Shown here piece after piece: positions 1 through 11,047 of a stretch of DNA of 64,000 bases. The DNA is from Neophaeotheca triangularis. Lineage: Eukaryota. A program made the translations under genes and the position numbers. Within the stretch, counting starts at the first letter, position 1; each line of letters opens with the position of its first letter. Under the pieces are notes generated by a model, which saw only the letters and a list, made by a program, of their open reading frames with translations, was not told the origin of the DNA and did no database searches. Location of the stretch: positions 248,001 to 312,000 of the forward strand of contig BAAIJX010000025.1 of NCBI GenBank assembly GCA_054600435.1, in the 5' to 3' direction.

Positions 1-39
1 TTTCTTCTCAGCCCTTCTAATCAGCATTCTTCCGACTAG

Positions 40-1089
40 TCTGCGCTCCTATGGTTCGGTAAGCGTCGTTTCTTGATAGATGAATGGCCTGCTTGTTCAA
101 TCTCTGACCGTCGACAAGCTATTCCAAATTGCCTCTTCGGAATCTGGTCCGCTCCTACGCCTGCGATGTGACCTACACCCCAATGATCTTGGCACATGAA
201 TTCATTCGGTCCAACTACGCTCGGGATTCGGACTTCAGCACAATCGATCTCGAGGTCTCCGAAAGCCATGCTCTCATTGTTCAATTCGCTTCGTCCGACC
301 CAGTCGAGTTTGGACGGGCGGCCGAGCTGATTGCGCCATGGGTTGATGGCGTAGACCTCAATTGCGGCTGCCCTCAGAGCTGGGCAATAAAAGAAGGCAT
401 CGGGTGTTCATTGATGGAGCAGCCAGAGAAGGTAGCAGAAACCCTTCGCGAAGCGCGAAGGAGAATGGGAAAGGGGAAGAGTGTTAGCTGCAAGATACGC
501 TTGCACAAAGACCTTCAGTACGTCCTTGGTCAAGTCGGCCGTCTCTGTCCTCGATAGGGTGCAGCACTGATAATTACTCAGACAAACCATCGCATTCATC
601 AACACTCTCCTAGCCTCCACGGACGGCCGACCAGACTTCATCACGATCCACAGCCGCACGCGCTCACAACGCTCCAGCACAGCACCCGATCACGACTCCC
701 TCGGCGCCTTAATCAAGCACTTCCCTCAAATACCCATTGTAGCAAACGGCTCACCATCACCCAACGGCACTCTAACCATTTCCGACGTACGAGCAGTCCA
801 CAAGCAGACGGGCTGCGCTGGCGTCATGGCCGCTCGCGCCACTCTCCTGAACCCCGCCCTGTTCGCGGGCTTCGACACGACACCCGTGGAATGTATCCAG
901 AGGTTCCTGCGAGAGGCTGTGAGCTGTCCGATCCCGTTTTCGTTGGTATTGCATCATGTCGGCGAAATGTCTGCGCACATGGCACGGGGTGAGGGGATAA
1001 GTAAGGAGGCGAGGAAGCAGCTGATGGATTGTCGGGACTTGGTTGACCTGATTGATTTTGTCGAGGAAAGGTGGGGCCTGGGAGAGTGA
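40..1089 (+). CDS. DUS4: tRNA-dihydrouridine synthase, DUS4-like (5' end lies before the window). Exons 40-58, 119-517, 582-1089
   Basis: Spliced translation gives CAPMVR-YSKLPLRNLVR..YTPMILA, VQFAS, GVDLNCGCPQSWA (catalytic Cys motif), KIRLHKDL, ITIHSRT, GVMAAR..LLNPALF. Introns 59-118 (GTAAGC..CTGAC..AAG) and 518-581 (GTACGT..CTGAT..CAG); an acceptor (CTAAT..TAG) ends at 39. Confidence 0.88.
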
Positions 1090-1365
1090 AGTCTGGCATT
1101 CACCTTGGGTTGTTGTGATGAACACCTGTGCTGGAAGTGATGGCAACACAACACTTGAGCAGGGAAGGATGGCCAACACACTCTCCTGCCCATGCCAGGG
1201 AGATTTGCAAACCTCCCGAGAGACCCGACAAACTCACTCTGCACCGCTCACCGCGCCAAAGCCACCAACCTCAGACGCAACCCCACCAAACACCCCATCC
1301 ACCCACACACCATAAAACAAAACGCCTTCAGACCAAAAACCCCCAACCACCAACAACCACAACCC

Positions 1366-1662
1366 ATGAGTTCCCCAGCCCTCCTACTCATCACCTTCCA
1401 AACCCTCGAACTCCTAACCCTCCATCTCCTCATCCTCGGCATAAGCCTACACACCACCTCCCGCCTCTTCCGCGCCACGGTCCGTATCCGCCACCCTCGC
1501 TTTCGAATCACACTGGTAGTTTGCAAACCCACGCGGCGCTCTACGCTGCGGGCGTTGATGTGGTGGGGGCTTTGGATGGGGGTTTGGGGGTTTTGTTTTA
1601 CTGAGTGGGTTAGAGAGGTTGCGGCCGGGGGGGGGGAGAGGGGAAAGGCGGGAGCTGGGTGA
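1366..1662 (+). CDS. Possible small orphan membrane protein (98 aa)
   Basis: ATG after a C/A-rich leader (caacccATG), two hydrophobic segments (LLLITFQTLELLTLHLLILGISL; ALMWWGLWMGVWGFCF), and the C-rich 5'/G-rich 3' polarity seen in real genes here. No family recognised. Confidence 0.3.
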   Translation: MSSPALLLITFQTLELLTLHLLILGISLHTTSRLFRATVRIRHPRFRITLVVCKPTRRSTLRALMWWGLWMGVWGFCFTEWVREVAAGGGERGKAGAG

Positions 1663-1817
1663 ATGGAGGGGGTGCGGGAGATGGGGGAGGAGCGCTGGCC
1701 GTGAGGAGCTGTGTGGAGGAGGGTTGGGGATTTGCTTTGAGATGGGGCGGTTGGATAGGGTTGATGATGATGGGTGGCCATTGATTTTGGATTGGGCTTG
1801 GGTATCTTTACTCTACA

Positions 1818-4800
1818 CTACTCGTCATCGCTGTCGTCAAGAATGAAGCCTGCCCTGACGTTTCTCCTCGACGGGGCTGATTTTGCGGTTGTTCCTTCTC
1901 CATCGCTCGCATCCCTGCTTGCTGCGTCACCACCCGCTGCGTTTCCTGAAACTTCCCTTAAAGGTGAAGAGCCCCTGGCAAGGTTGGCAGCGATTCTGTG
2001 GGCGAACAGGTCGGCAGTGGCATTGGCATTGTTCTTTAGCCTTGGCTCGCCGTCGTCAGAGTCTGCGTCACTCATGGGAGTGTCTTCGTCGGCTTTGCTG
2101 CGACTTTCACCTTCAGATTCATCGGAATCCGACGACATCAGAGTAGGCGCGCTTTTCCTCTTCGTCTTCACCCGATTTCCAGCGACGTCATCAGCATCGT
2201 CGGAATCGCCCTCGCCCTCGCTATCGATCATGACCCCGTCCACTACTTCCACCAAGCCGCCATTGCTATCCCCACCATCACTCTCTACCTCCAATGCCTT
2301 CTTTCCCTTCTTCCCACCCTTCTTCGCCTTCATCCTCTCCTTGGCAAGCTGATCCGCAATAAAACTACTAGTCTTCCGTCTCCGTTCCTCTTCCAAACGG
2401 AAAAACGCCGCGTCCGCTTCCTCATCCTCCTCTTCCATCTCCGCGCTAATAAATTGCGCGCTCTTCTTCCCCTTTTCCTTTTCTAATTGCTTTTTCCGAC
2501 GCGCCTCTGCCCTCTCTTCCTTTTCTTCCTCGGTGAGCTCTTCGCCTTTGTTGCGCCGTGTGAGTCGTTTCCTCTTCTTCGGATTAGGTGTCGAGGCGTT
2601 TGCATCGCCTGGTACGCGTATGTCGGCGGGAAAGGCCGGCTCGTCATCGCTACCGCTTTCTTCTGAGCTCAAGGCGTTGGCCGCGCTGCGGTTCGTGTTG
2701 GACTGTTGGGTGCGAATCATTGCTGATGCTTGCTTTGTGCCGTCCTCAAAGGTTGGAGGGTCGAATTCACAGCGCTGGATGATTTCGAGAGAAGTCTTCA
2801 GCTCGGTGGAGGGTAGGCCGCCTGGGATTGTCCATGCGGCTTCTTGGTCTTCTGGGAGTCCCAATCGGTGGAAGCCGAGGACTTTGAGGAGGGGGCGGAG
2901 GTGTTTGTCTTTGAAGAGCTGGCTCTTACGTTCGGCGTTATCGGGGGAGAGGAAATAGGATGGCATATCTGCAGTCTTGTCCATCGGGCCAGATGTTGCG
3001 TTGTTGTCGTTGTCGATGCCATCAGGAACTGGGCCAGAGACTCTCGCGCTTTCGTTGTGGAGGTCGTGTTGGTCTTGAAAGGCTTCGCGCTCTGTAATGA
3101 CATTGCGCAGCTCCCCTTTGACCCATTGCAGTGCGTCGCTCTTGCTCAACTCAATCATCAGGCCCACAGCCACAGCCAAGCGATCCTTCTCGTCTACACT
3201 CGGCTTCACTTCGATCTCCGCTGGCGGTCGGGGCGCTCTCTGCTCGACAACCCTCTCGTAGCCATTCTGCAAATAGAACACTGTCTGCGGGATTTTACTA
3301 AAAAGCATTTCAACCATGCCGACCTCCTTCATGTTCTGCTTCTGCAGCCATTTGATGCATCGCCGAAACACTTGTCGAACAAGCTGCTCCCACTCTTTGA
3401 AACCTTCGTACTCAGCGTCGAGGCCCTCAGGCCCCTTGATCATGCGGTGCAAAAGTTGCAAGATATCGACCCGGAAAAGCAAGATGGCCAGGTCGTTTTT
3501 GAAAGCCAAACGATACAAATAACGGTGACAACGCTTCAACTGCTCAGGCGAAAGCTCATCGTAGAATTTCAATAGAGTGATGAAGGTATCAACACAGCCT
3601 TGGGTCAAGAACTTGTGGCTGAAGCGGTCGAAGTCGAACTTCCTCTCTCGGACCGTCATCTGTGCCTCTCGTGCTTCCTCTTGAGCGGCCTCTGCGTCTT
3701 CTTCGGCGTTAGCGTCCGGGTTTCGTTTCTTGCGCGCTCGACATTTTGAGCGTATTTGCAGATCAACGTTTTGCTTGGAGTAGCGCTCCAGCATCCGTAT
3801 GAAAACGTGTACACATTCCGTCACGGCATCCAGGTATCCGAGCCCTTGATTGGTGTAGCCTCGGAGAACTTGGATGATTCGATCGTGGGTAGATTCTTCG
3901 TAGAATATGCGCTGCTGAATATTGTCTGCAATTTCTTGGTCCTCTTCGTCCTTGCTATCAGCCATCGCTTGAACGGTGAGCAGGATGTGGGTGAACGCCA
4001 TCAACGTAGATCTTAGGGTCGATTGGTCTTTCGAGTCGTACGAAGATTGCATGCTTCGATTCAGAAGAACGAAAGTCTCTTGGTCGAGAACTGCAGCAAT
4101 ATAGGCGAAAGTGTTCTCCTGCGTATTGCCCGCGTCGCTCCCTTGCTGGCTCTCTCTCCGCGCCTGCTCCGCTTCCAGAAACCACGAGATGAGATAAAAG
4201 TATTGTTTGGTATGGCGAGGCAAGACACGCTCCGCTTCCCTTTCAATTGCCTTCCTCAGGCTTGCAAATAGCGGGTTGAATGCACCATCAAGGAAGTCGA
4301 CCACAAACTTCTTGAGGTGTTTCCTGGCGCTTTCGGTGAGATCCACACGGCTACCAAAGTCCGTACTCTCGTACACGGCTGGGTTAAGCTTGCCACGATA
4401 CTTGGGTTTGTTCCACTTCTTACTCTTATCCATCATCTGCAACGTTGCCTTCTCGTCCGTGATGGCGTTTTGTCCGGATACCGTCGATCGCCGGCCGTCG
4501 TCTCGTTGTACGGAAAGCATCGTCCCGAATCTCTGATGTCTCGATGGCGCGTGTTTCTTATAGGAGTTGAGCATCGACTTTTCCTTTTGCAACAACGCTT
4601 TGAACTCATTTGTCTCCTGATTGGCAACTTGCTGCTTCTGCATGAATAGCTTCTTGGGCTCAACGCCCTTGACTAATTGAAATAGAATTTCGAGCAAAAT
4701 GACATCGTGGTCTTGAAACTCGTCGGCATTCGAACCAACCGTCAGCAGCAAGTCAAGGATATCCTGGCGATAGTATGCCTCAATGACAGCGGACCGGCTA

Positions 4801-5477
4801 ATGTCGTTCTCGTCGCCCTGGGAAGGCAGCGCCTGGGGTTGCGAGATCTGTGCGATGTTGCGAAAGAAGTACAGCATAATCCGGACGATGCCTTCGTCTC
4901 TTCTCGATCTTTCCCGCCTTGGCTGGCTCATCGATGGTAGACCTACCCTCACAATTGTCCGCAATATCGGCGCCGTATCGTGTCCTAGCACCGCCCTCTT
5001 GTATGCGACTTGCGCCAGTTGGAGGTACGGCAGATGTCTCGCGTGATTCCTAGTTGTCTTCTCGTCGTCCACCTCCAATTCCCATGTCAAGGGCACCAAC
5101 AGCTCCAGACATGCTAGCGCAAGTTTCGCCTTGACCTTGCTATCAGAGGCATCATCGGACCACTGCGCCAGTATCTGCAGAAGGTCGCCTTTGACAAGGT
5201 TCGCCTCGGCCAGACAGCGTTTTACGTCGAAGCGGTTCGTTTTGTCATCGTATAGGCGGAGCCAGCGGTTTATATCCTTCAAACAAGCGAGGGCGTCATC
5301 TCCGAGAACATAGGCATCGTCGTCCAAGGAGCTGTTCCCGCCAATCTAGTACGGTGTTAGCTATGCGGATGTTGACTGGAAGAGGGCCCAGGTGGAGGGA
5401 CTTACAGCAGATACCAGCGAGTACACGTATGCCCGCACCTCCGGATCTACGGTATGGCTCTTCTCGAACGGATCCAT
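1818..5477 (-). CDS. TOF1: Topoisomerase I-associated factor / replication fork protection subunit (Tof1/Swi1/Timeless). Exons 5477-5406, 5345-1818
   Basis: MDPFEKSHTVDPEVRAYVYSLVSA|IGG..YVLGDDALACLKDI..LELLVPLTW and SRHQRFGT are Timeless-family motifs; acidic/basic low-complexity C-terminus. Intron 5405-5346 (GTAAGT..GCTAAC..TAG). Confidence 0.95.
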
Positions 5478-5553
5478 TGCTGTTGCTGTTGCCGGATGCG
5501 GTTACATATTATACTTGATCGGACTGCTGGAGAAGACAGTTGCGCTGGAGGAG

Positions 5554-5570
5554 ACGCGACCCACGACGCG
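5554..5570. promoter_or_regulatory. Two MCB-like ACGCG cores in the TOF1/VPS35 divergent promoter
   Basis: ACGCG at 5554-5558 and 5566-5570, about 80-90 bp upstream of the TOF1 ATG. TOF1 is an MBF (G1/S) target in budding yeast. Confidence 0.55.
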
Positions 5571-5963
5571 CTAGCAAGCACTAGCGCGATGCAGCTTAAT
5601 TGAATTCATGCCTTATAAATTAGGCCACCACAGTACCTAGGCTGAGCAACCTCGTGGCAGTCGCATCCCGTCTTGCCCGTCCCACTCGATGCGGTTGGTC
5701 CAGGCATGAGCTTAAGCTGGCCTAACGTTACCTACAGTACACCTGTATACCACACCTCCTACAGTAGTAGTACCTCTGTACAACGACAAGCCCACCACCA
5801 CCGCTCTACTACGCAATCCTCTCCTCTCCCTATCACCTGACCCGGAAACATTAGCAGTCTGGCCATGAGCGCGTTTGCTTGTTTTGTTGCAGCGCCTTGA
5901 GAATACGCCCGCCCTTGATCAACCAACCAATCCGAACCCGATCTACACTCTCCATACCATACA

Positions 5964-8680
5964 ATGGCTACCTCTCCCCCTCCCATCGAAGACCAAGCGC
6001 GCCTCCTTGAAGATGCGCTTTCCGTCGTTCGCCAACAGACCGCACAAATGCGCCGCTCTCTCGAAACTCCCGGCAAGCTTATGGATGCGCTCAAGAACAG
6101 CTCCACCCTCGTCTCCGAGCTGCGCACCTCTTCACTAGGCCCAAAGCAGTACTACGAGCTTTACATGGCCGTCTTTGATGCTCTGCGACACCTCTCATCG
6201 TACCTCAAGGACTCACACCCTGTCAACCACCTGGCCGACTTGTACGAGCTGGTGCAATATGCCGGAAACATTGTCCCTAGATTGTACCTGATGGTAACGG
6301 TGGGGACAGTTTACATGGGCATTGAAGATGCACCCGTCAAAGAGATTATGAAGGACATGATGGAAATGAGTCGAGGTGTGCAGCATCCGGTCAGGGGGCT
6401 GTTCCTGCGCTATTTTTTGAGCGGTCAGGCCAGGGACAGCTTGCCTACTGGGTTAGGAGACGGGCCGGAGGGTAACTTGCAGGACTCGATATCGTTCATC
6501 TTGACCAACTTTGTCGAGATGAACAAGTTGTGGGTGCGACTGCAGCATCAAGGCCACTCAAGAGAGCGGGAGCAAAGAACGAAGGAGCGACAGGAGCTGC
6601 AGCTGCTGGTGGGTAGCAATCTTGTTCGTCTGTCGCAATTGGTGGATCTGGATAGCTACAAGAATGTCATTCTACAACCTCTGCTCGAGCAAGTTGTTCA
6701 ATGTCGGGATGTATTGGCGCAGGAATACTTGCTGGAAGTGGTGACCCAGGTCTTCCCTGACGAATTCCACCTGCATACTCTGGACCAGTTCCTATCTGCA
6801 ACAGCACGACTAAACCCTCACGTCAATGTTAAGGCTATTGTCATTGGGCTGATGGATCGATTGAGCGCGTACGCCGCACGGAATTCGGACGGTGAAGAGA
6901 AGGTGGATAGGCGGAAGGTCGAGGAGGAGAACGTTGCTGCGCTTATGGAGAAGCTGAAAGTGTCACGCGACAACGAGCAGTCGTCTTCCAAGCCGAGAAA
7001 GGACGGAGAAGAGGCGAATGGTGAGGGTGCGGCCACTGATGCATCTTCTGCTGCGACTGGGTCGGACGAGCAATCCACGAAGCCGACAACGACCTCCACC
7101 ACGAATGGCAGCGAAGACACAGAGGGCGACAGCAAGCGAAGAGGAATACCGTCGAACATCAAGCTGTTTGAGATATTCCATGAGCAGGTCATACATCTCG
7201 TGAGCATGCAGCGCTTGCCAATTGCTGATACCACGGCGCTGCTGGTATCTTTGGTAAACCTGGCTCTTGCAATCTATCCTGAGCGTCTCGATTACGTGGA
7301 CCAAGTCCTACTCTATGCGACCAAGGAAGTCGGCCGTTTCCAGAATAGCGCGGATCTACACTCAGCGCCTGCACAAGCCAGTCTATTGCAGCTACTTCTA
7401 GGCCCTGTGAAGACGTACTACTCACTCTTCACCGCGCTTGCACTCCCCAGCTTCGTTCCCCTGTTCCAAGCGCAAACCTACCCGACACGGCGAGCAGTAG
7501 CTGGAGAAGTAGCTCGATCTCTGCTACGCAACGAGACCAAGATCACAACCCCGGAACAGCTCCAAGGCGTCCTCTCCATTCTTAGCGTCCTCATCTCCGA
7601 AGGCCAGACTTCTTCCTCAGCCGGTGCGGGAATGCGGAGAAGTGGCCCAGAAACACCCGAGATCCTCGAAGAACAAGGATGGTTGGCTCGGTTGGTCCAC
7701 CTTGTTCGCTCTCCAACGAATACCGGCCAGTTTACCCTCTTGCAGAGGACCCGCACTGCTTTTGGCGAAGGAGGCGAGAGGATTCGACACACTACACCAG
7801 CGCTGATCACTGCGGCACTCAAACTCGCACGCTCCTTTAAACGCCGCGAGCACCTCAGCTCAGACGACTACGCCTCCAACTCGCAGCAAGTATACAAGTT
7901 CTGCCACTCGCTACTTTCCTCACTCTACTCGCGCTTCCCGACACAGGGCGTTCCAGATCTGGTACTGCGGCTCTTCGTGTCCTGCGGACAAGTTGCGGCC
8001 AACTGCGGCAACGAAGACATCTCCTACGAGTTCTTCGCGCAAGCTTTCACAGTCTACGAGGAGAGCATCAGCGACTCGCGAAGTCAATTTCAAGCTATTT
8101 GCGTCATCGCCGGTGCTTTGTGTGGGACTACGGACAAGTTCGGGCGGGAGAATTACGACACGCTCATCACGAAAGCGGCATTGCACGGTAGTAAGCTGCT
8201 TAAGAAGCCGGATCAGTGTCGGGCCGTGTACCTTGCCAGTCATTTGTGGTGGAGTGTAGACAAGTCAGAAGAACAAGAAGAAGGCCAAGAAGAGGCCGAA
8301 AACAAAGAGGTAAAAGCCCGCCTTCCACCCCATCCTATCATCGCCTTGTGTACTAACGAGTCCCGACTCAGCTCTACCGCGATCCTCGTCGCGTGCTGGA
8401 GTGCCTTCAACGCGCCCTCCGCGTTGCGGACGCCTGCATGGACAGCGCCGTCTCCATCGAGCTGTTTGTTGAAATTTTGAACCGCTACGTCTACTTCTAT
8501 GAGCAAGGGAACGAGGCTGTCACTACCAAGTACTTGAACGGCTTGATTGAGCTGATACAGAGTAATCTGGCCACTGCGGAGAACCAGCAGGCTGTCGAGG
8601 GCCCGAGGAAGCACTTTGAGAGGACGCTGGCATATGTGACCCAGAGGGGTTGGGAGGGAGTTAGTGGGACAGGGAAGTGA
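5964..8680 (+). CDS. VPS35: Retromer cargo-recognition subunit Vps35. Exons 5964-8309, 8372-8680
   Basis: LYELVQYAGNIVPRLYLM (PRLYL motif), RGVQHPVRGLFLRY, EMNKLWVRLQHQG, KLLKKPDQCRAV. Intron 8310-8371 (GTAAAA..TACTAAC..CAG) restores LYRDPRRVLECLQRAL. Confidence 0.97.
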
Positions 8681-9690
8681 GTCTGACTTTTTGAGCATGA
8701 GGTGACAAGTTTTGTAATGTCGGTGTGCCTGCGATGGAGGCAGTAGCAGTGACTGCCTTGAAAGCACCACTCTTGAGCGGCTTTTGGGGGCTTGTATATA
8801 AGGTACCAGGAAGAAAAAGCTCGCTGATAGCCTTCCAGCAAATCTTCCCTATGTCTGAAATATAATAGTCAGGTTAATAATGTCACATTGAGTCTGCACT
8901 GCTGCAGTGAAAAACGTATTTGCACTTCCAGTTCTCCAAGCCGGGTTTATGCACGAGCAGTTCGGGGGTAGTTCGTACTACTGTAAACATGTACTGGACT
9001 GGGTACCTTACTGATGCAGGGCGGGAAAAAGATGGAGTGGCGCTCAACAGCCGTAGATGTCCATAGCGACGCGACGATGTACATACCTTGTACTAGGAGG
9101 TACGTCTACTATCTAGGTATATTACAGATGGCGAGACTGTCTTTCTTAACCATGTGTTGAGTAGTAATAATATTAATATTAATGCCTTGTCCGTCAATCG
9201 GCGGAAGTCTTGTAATGTCGTTGTCGGTATTTTGTTCCGTTGCTGATTCGACTTTCTAGAACTGCCGTGGAGTTTACACCAAAGCCCAAAATAGCAGAAG
9301 AGCTGCACTACCCCAGATTGCCTCCCATTGCCAAGAAAGTCTTCGACACTTTCGTCTGACCACGACAACGACGACTCCCATCCTCGACCATCTTTCTCCC
9401 ACTCGGCACTACTACTCATCTATTACTTGTACACTCGCTAATACACACTATTACCTTGCCGCCAGTCTCTCGCTTACTCGCTATTTTAACCAGATATACA
9501 TTGTCGAACCCAGCCATTTGTCGTCCCAACCTTGTCAGGGACGCGCAGCTTGCATACTCGATACCCAACGACAACATACATATCAGTGGGGCATCGCTAA
9601 GACATCCGCCATCACCAAAACACGTCTCCATTGACCCCCAGAGGTCCCCACGATCCGCTCTGATCCACGAAACCCTCTCCGATCATCGCC

Positions 9691-10536
9691 ATGCGGCCCT
9701 CCTCCCTCCTAACCTCCTCCCTCCTCCTCGCCGCCTCCTCTTCCGCCTGGGACTTCTTCGGCACCCCCAGCAAACCCGAAGCACAAATCGAAAGACGGCA
9801 AGACGAGCCCTTCGACCTCAGCTGGACCGGCCGTCAAGGCGACACAAACATCCAAACCGCAACCCCGGGCTCACGCTCCGGCAACGATGCCGCCGATGCC
9901 ACAGCCTCCCTCGTTACCCGCACCAACAGCGAAGGCGACCTGATAACCGCTACCGCCTCCGCCAGCCGCGGCAGCAACTCAGACGACGACGATGAAATCG
10001 ACGTCGACCCTCGCCTCCCCCCAGGCGGCATCAGCATGCTAACCCCAGACGCCCTCACGGGGCAAAAATACTTCAAAATCCACGACAACGTCACCTTCGC
10101 CTGGAACTACACGTCGCTCAGCGTGAAACCGACCTACGTCGACGTGCTAGCAACGTGCACGCAAAACCAAGCCACCTACACCATCGCCCTCAACCAAAGC
10201 TTCCAGCAAACGCAAGAAGTCATCTGGGACACGGGCGACTACCAAGCCACCGGCACCGTGCCCCTGTTGACCGAGACGTACACGCTCATTGTGCACGATG
10301 CCGCCGAGGCCGTGAGCGCGCGCGCCAAACCGGGCTATTTGGCCAGTTATCAGCAGTTCTCGTTTGGCATGTACGTGCCGCAGAAGTATACGCCCATGGC
10401 CGAGTACAAGTGTGCGACGTGTTCGGGGGCTATAGGTTTGGCGGGGGACAGGCAGACGTTGGGGTTCTTGGCAGGCATGGTCTTGGTTACTGTGGTTAGT
10501 TTTGGGTGGTTTGCGGGAGTGGCTGGGGTTTGGTAG
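9691..10536 (+). CDS. Conserved fungal secreted / C-terminally membrane- or GPI-anchored protein of unknown function
   Basis: Signal peptide (MRPSSLLTSSLLLAASSSA), Ser/Thr-rich linker, conserved-looking core DPRLPPGGISMLTP..TFAWNYTSL..WDTG..FGMY.P..Y.P, CxxC, hydrophobic C-terminus. Strong codon bias. Confidence 0.85.
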   Translation: MRPSSLLTSSLLLAASSSAWDFFGTPSKPEAQIERRQDEPFDLSWTGRQGDTNIQTATPGSRSGNDAADATASLVTRTNSEGDLITATASASRGSNSDDDDEIDVDPRLPPGGISMLTPDALTGQKYFKIHDNVTFAWNYTSLSVKPTYVDVLATCTQNQATYTIALNQSFQQTQEVIWDTGDYQATGTVPLLTETYTLIVHDAAEAVSARAKPGYLASYQQFSFGMYVPQKYTPMAEYKCATCSGAIGLAGDRQTLGFLAGMVLVTVVSFGWFAGVAGVW

Positions 10537-11047
10537 ATTTGGGGGTGATTGTGAGCGTACACTGGAAAAGAGATTGGGCAAGAGTCAGTATTTGGGCGGC
10601 GTATTTGGGATGGACAAGGAGGTGTACTTAGGATTTGGAATGGTGGTCTAGTCCGGTTTGAAGCGATTGGAAAGCAGGGGCGCAATCATGGCGTATTGGG
10701 GTCTATCTCGAGTTCAATAAAGCCTATGTAGTATGAACGTAATGTGGAGAGTTTGCCTCTCGTCCCCCCTTCTCCAGACTGACGACAATGTAGACCGATG
10801 CCATGCGGACCTCGAGCTTGGCTGGGAAAAGATGAAAAGATCAATGGCGAATAGAAGAAAGCGACCCGACTGTCAAAGGACGGCAATTGTGTTCCTCGAG
10901 AGCTTCGCGGCAAATGTCAATTGCTGTCTGCCAAAAGCGCCATCGAACAAGACACATACCTCTCGAGCAACGACCCCCGACAGCTATGCGATACCCCAAT
11001 CGACCAACAACCCAACCACCTCCCTTCCACACTCAAAACTTCTCGCC

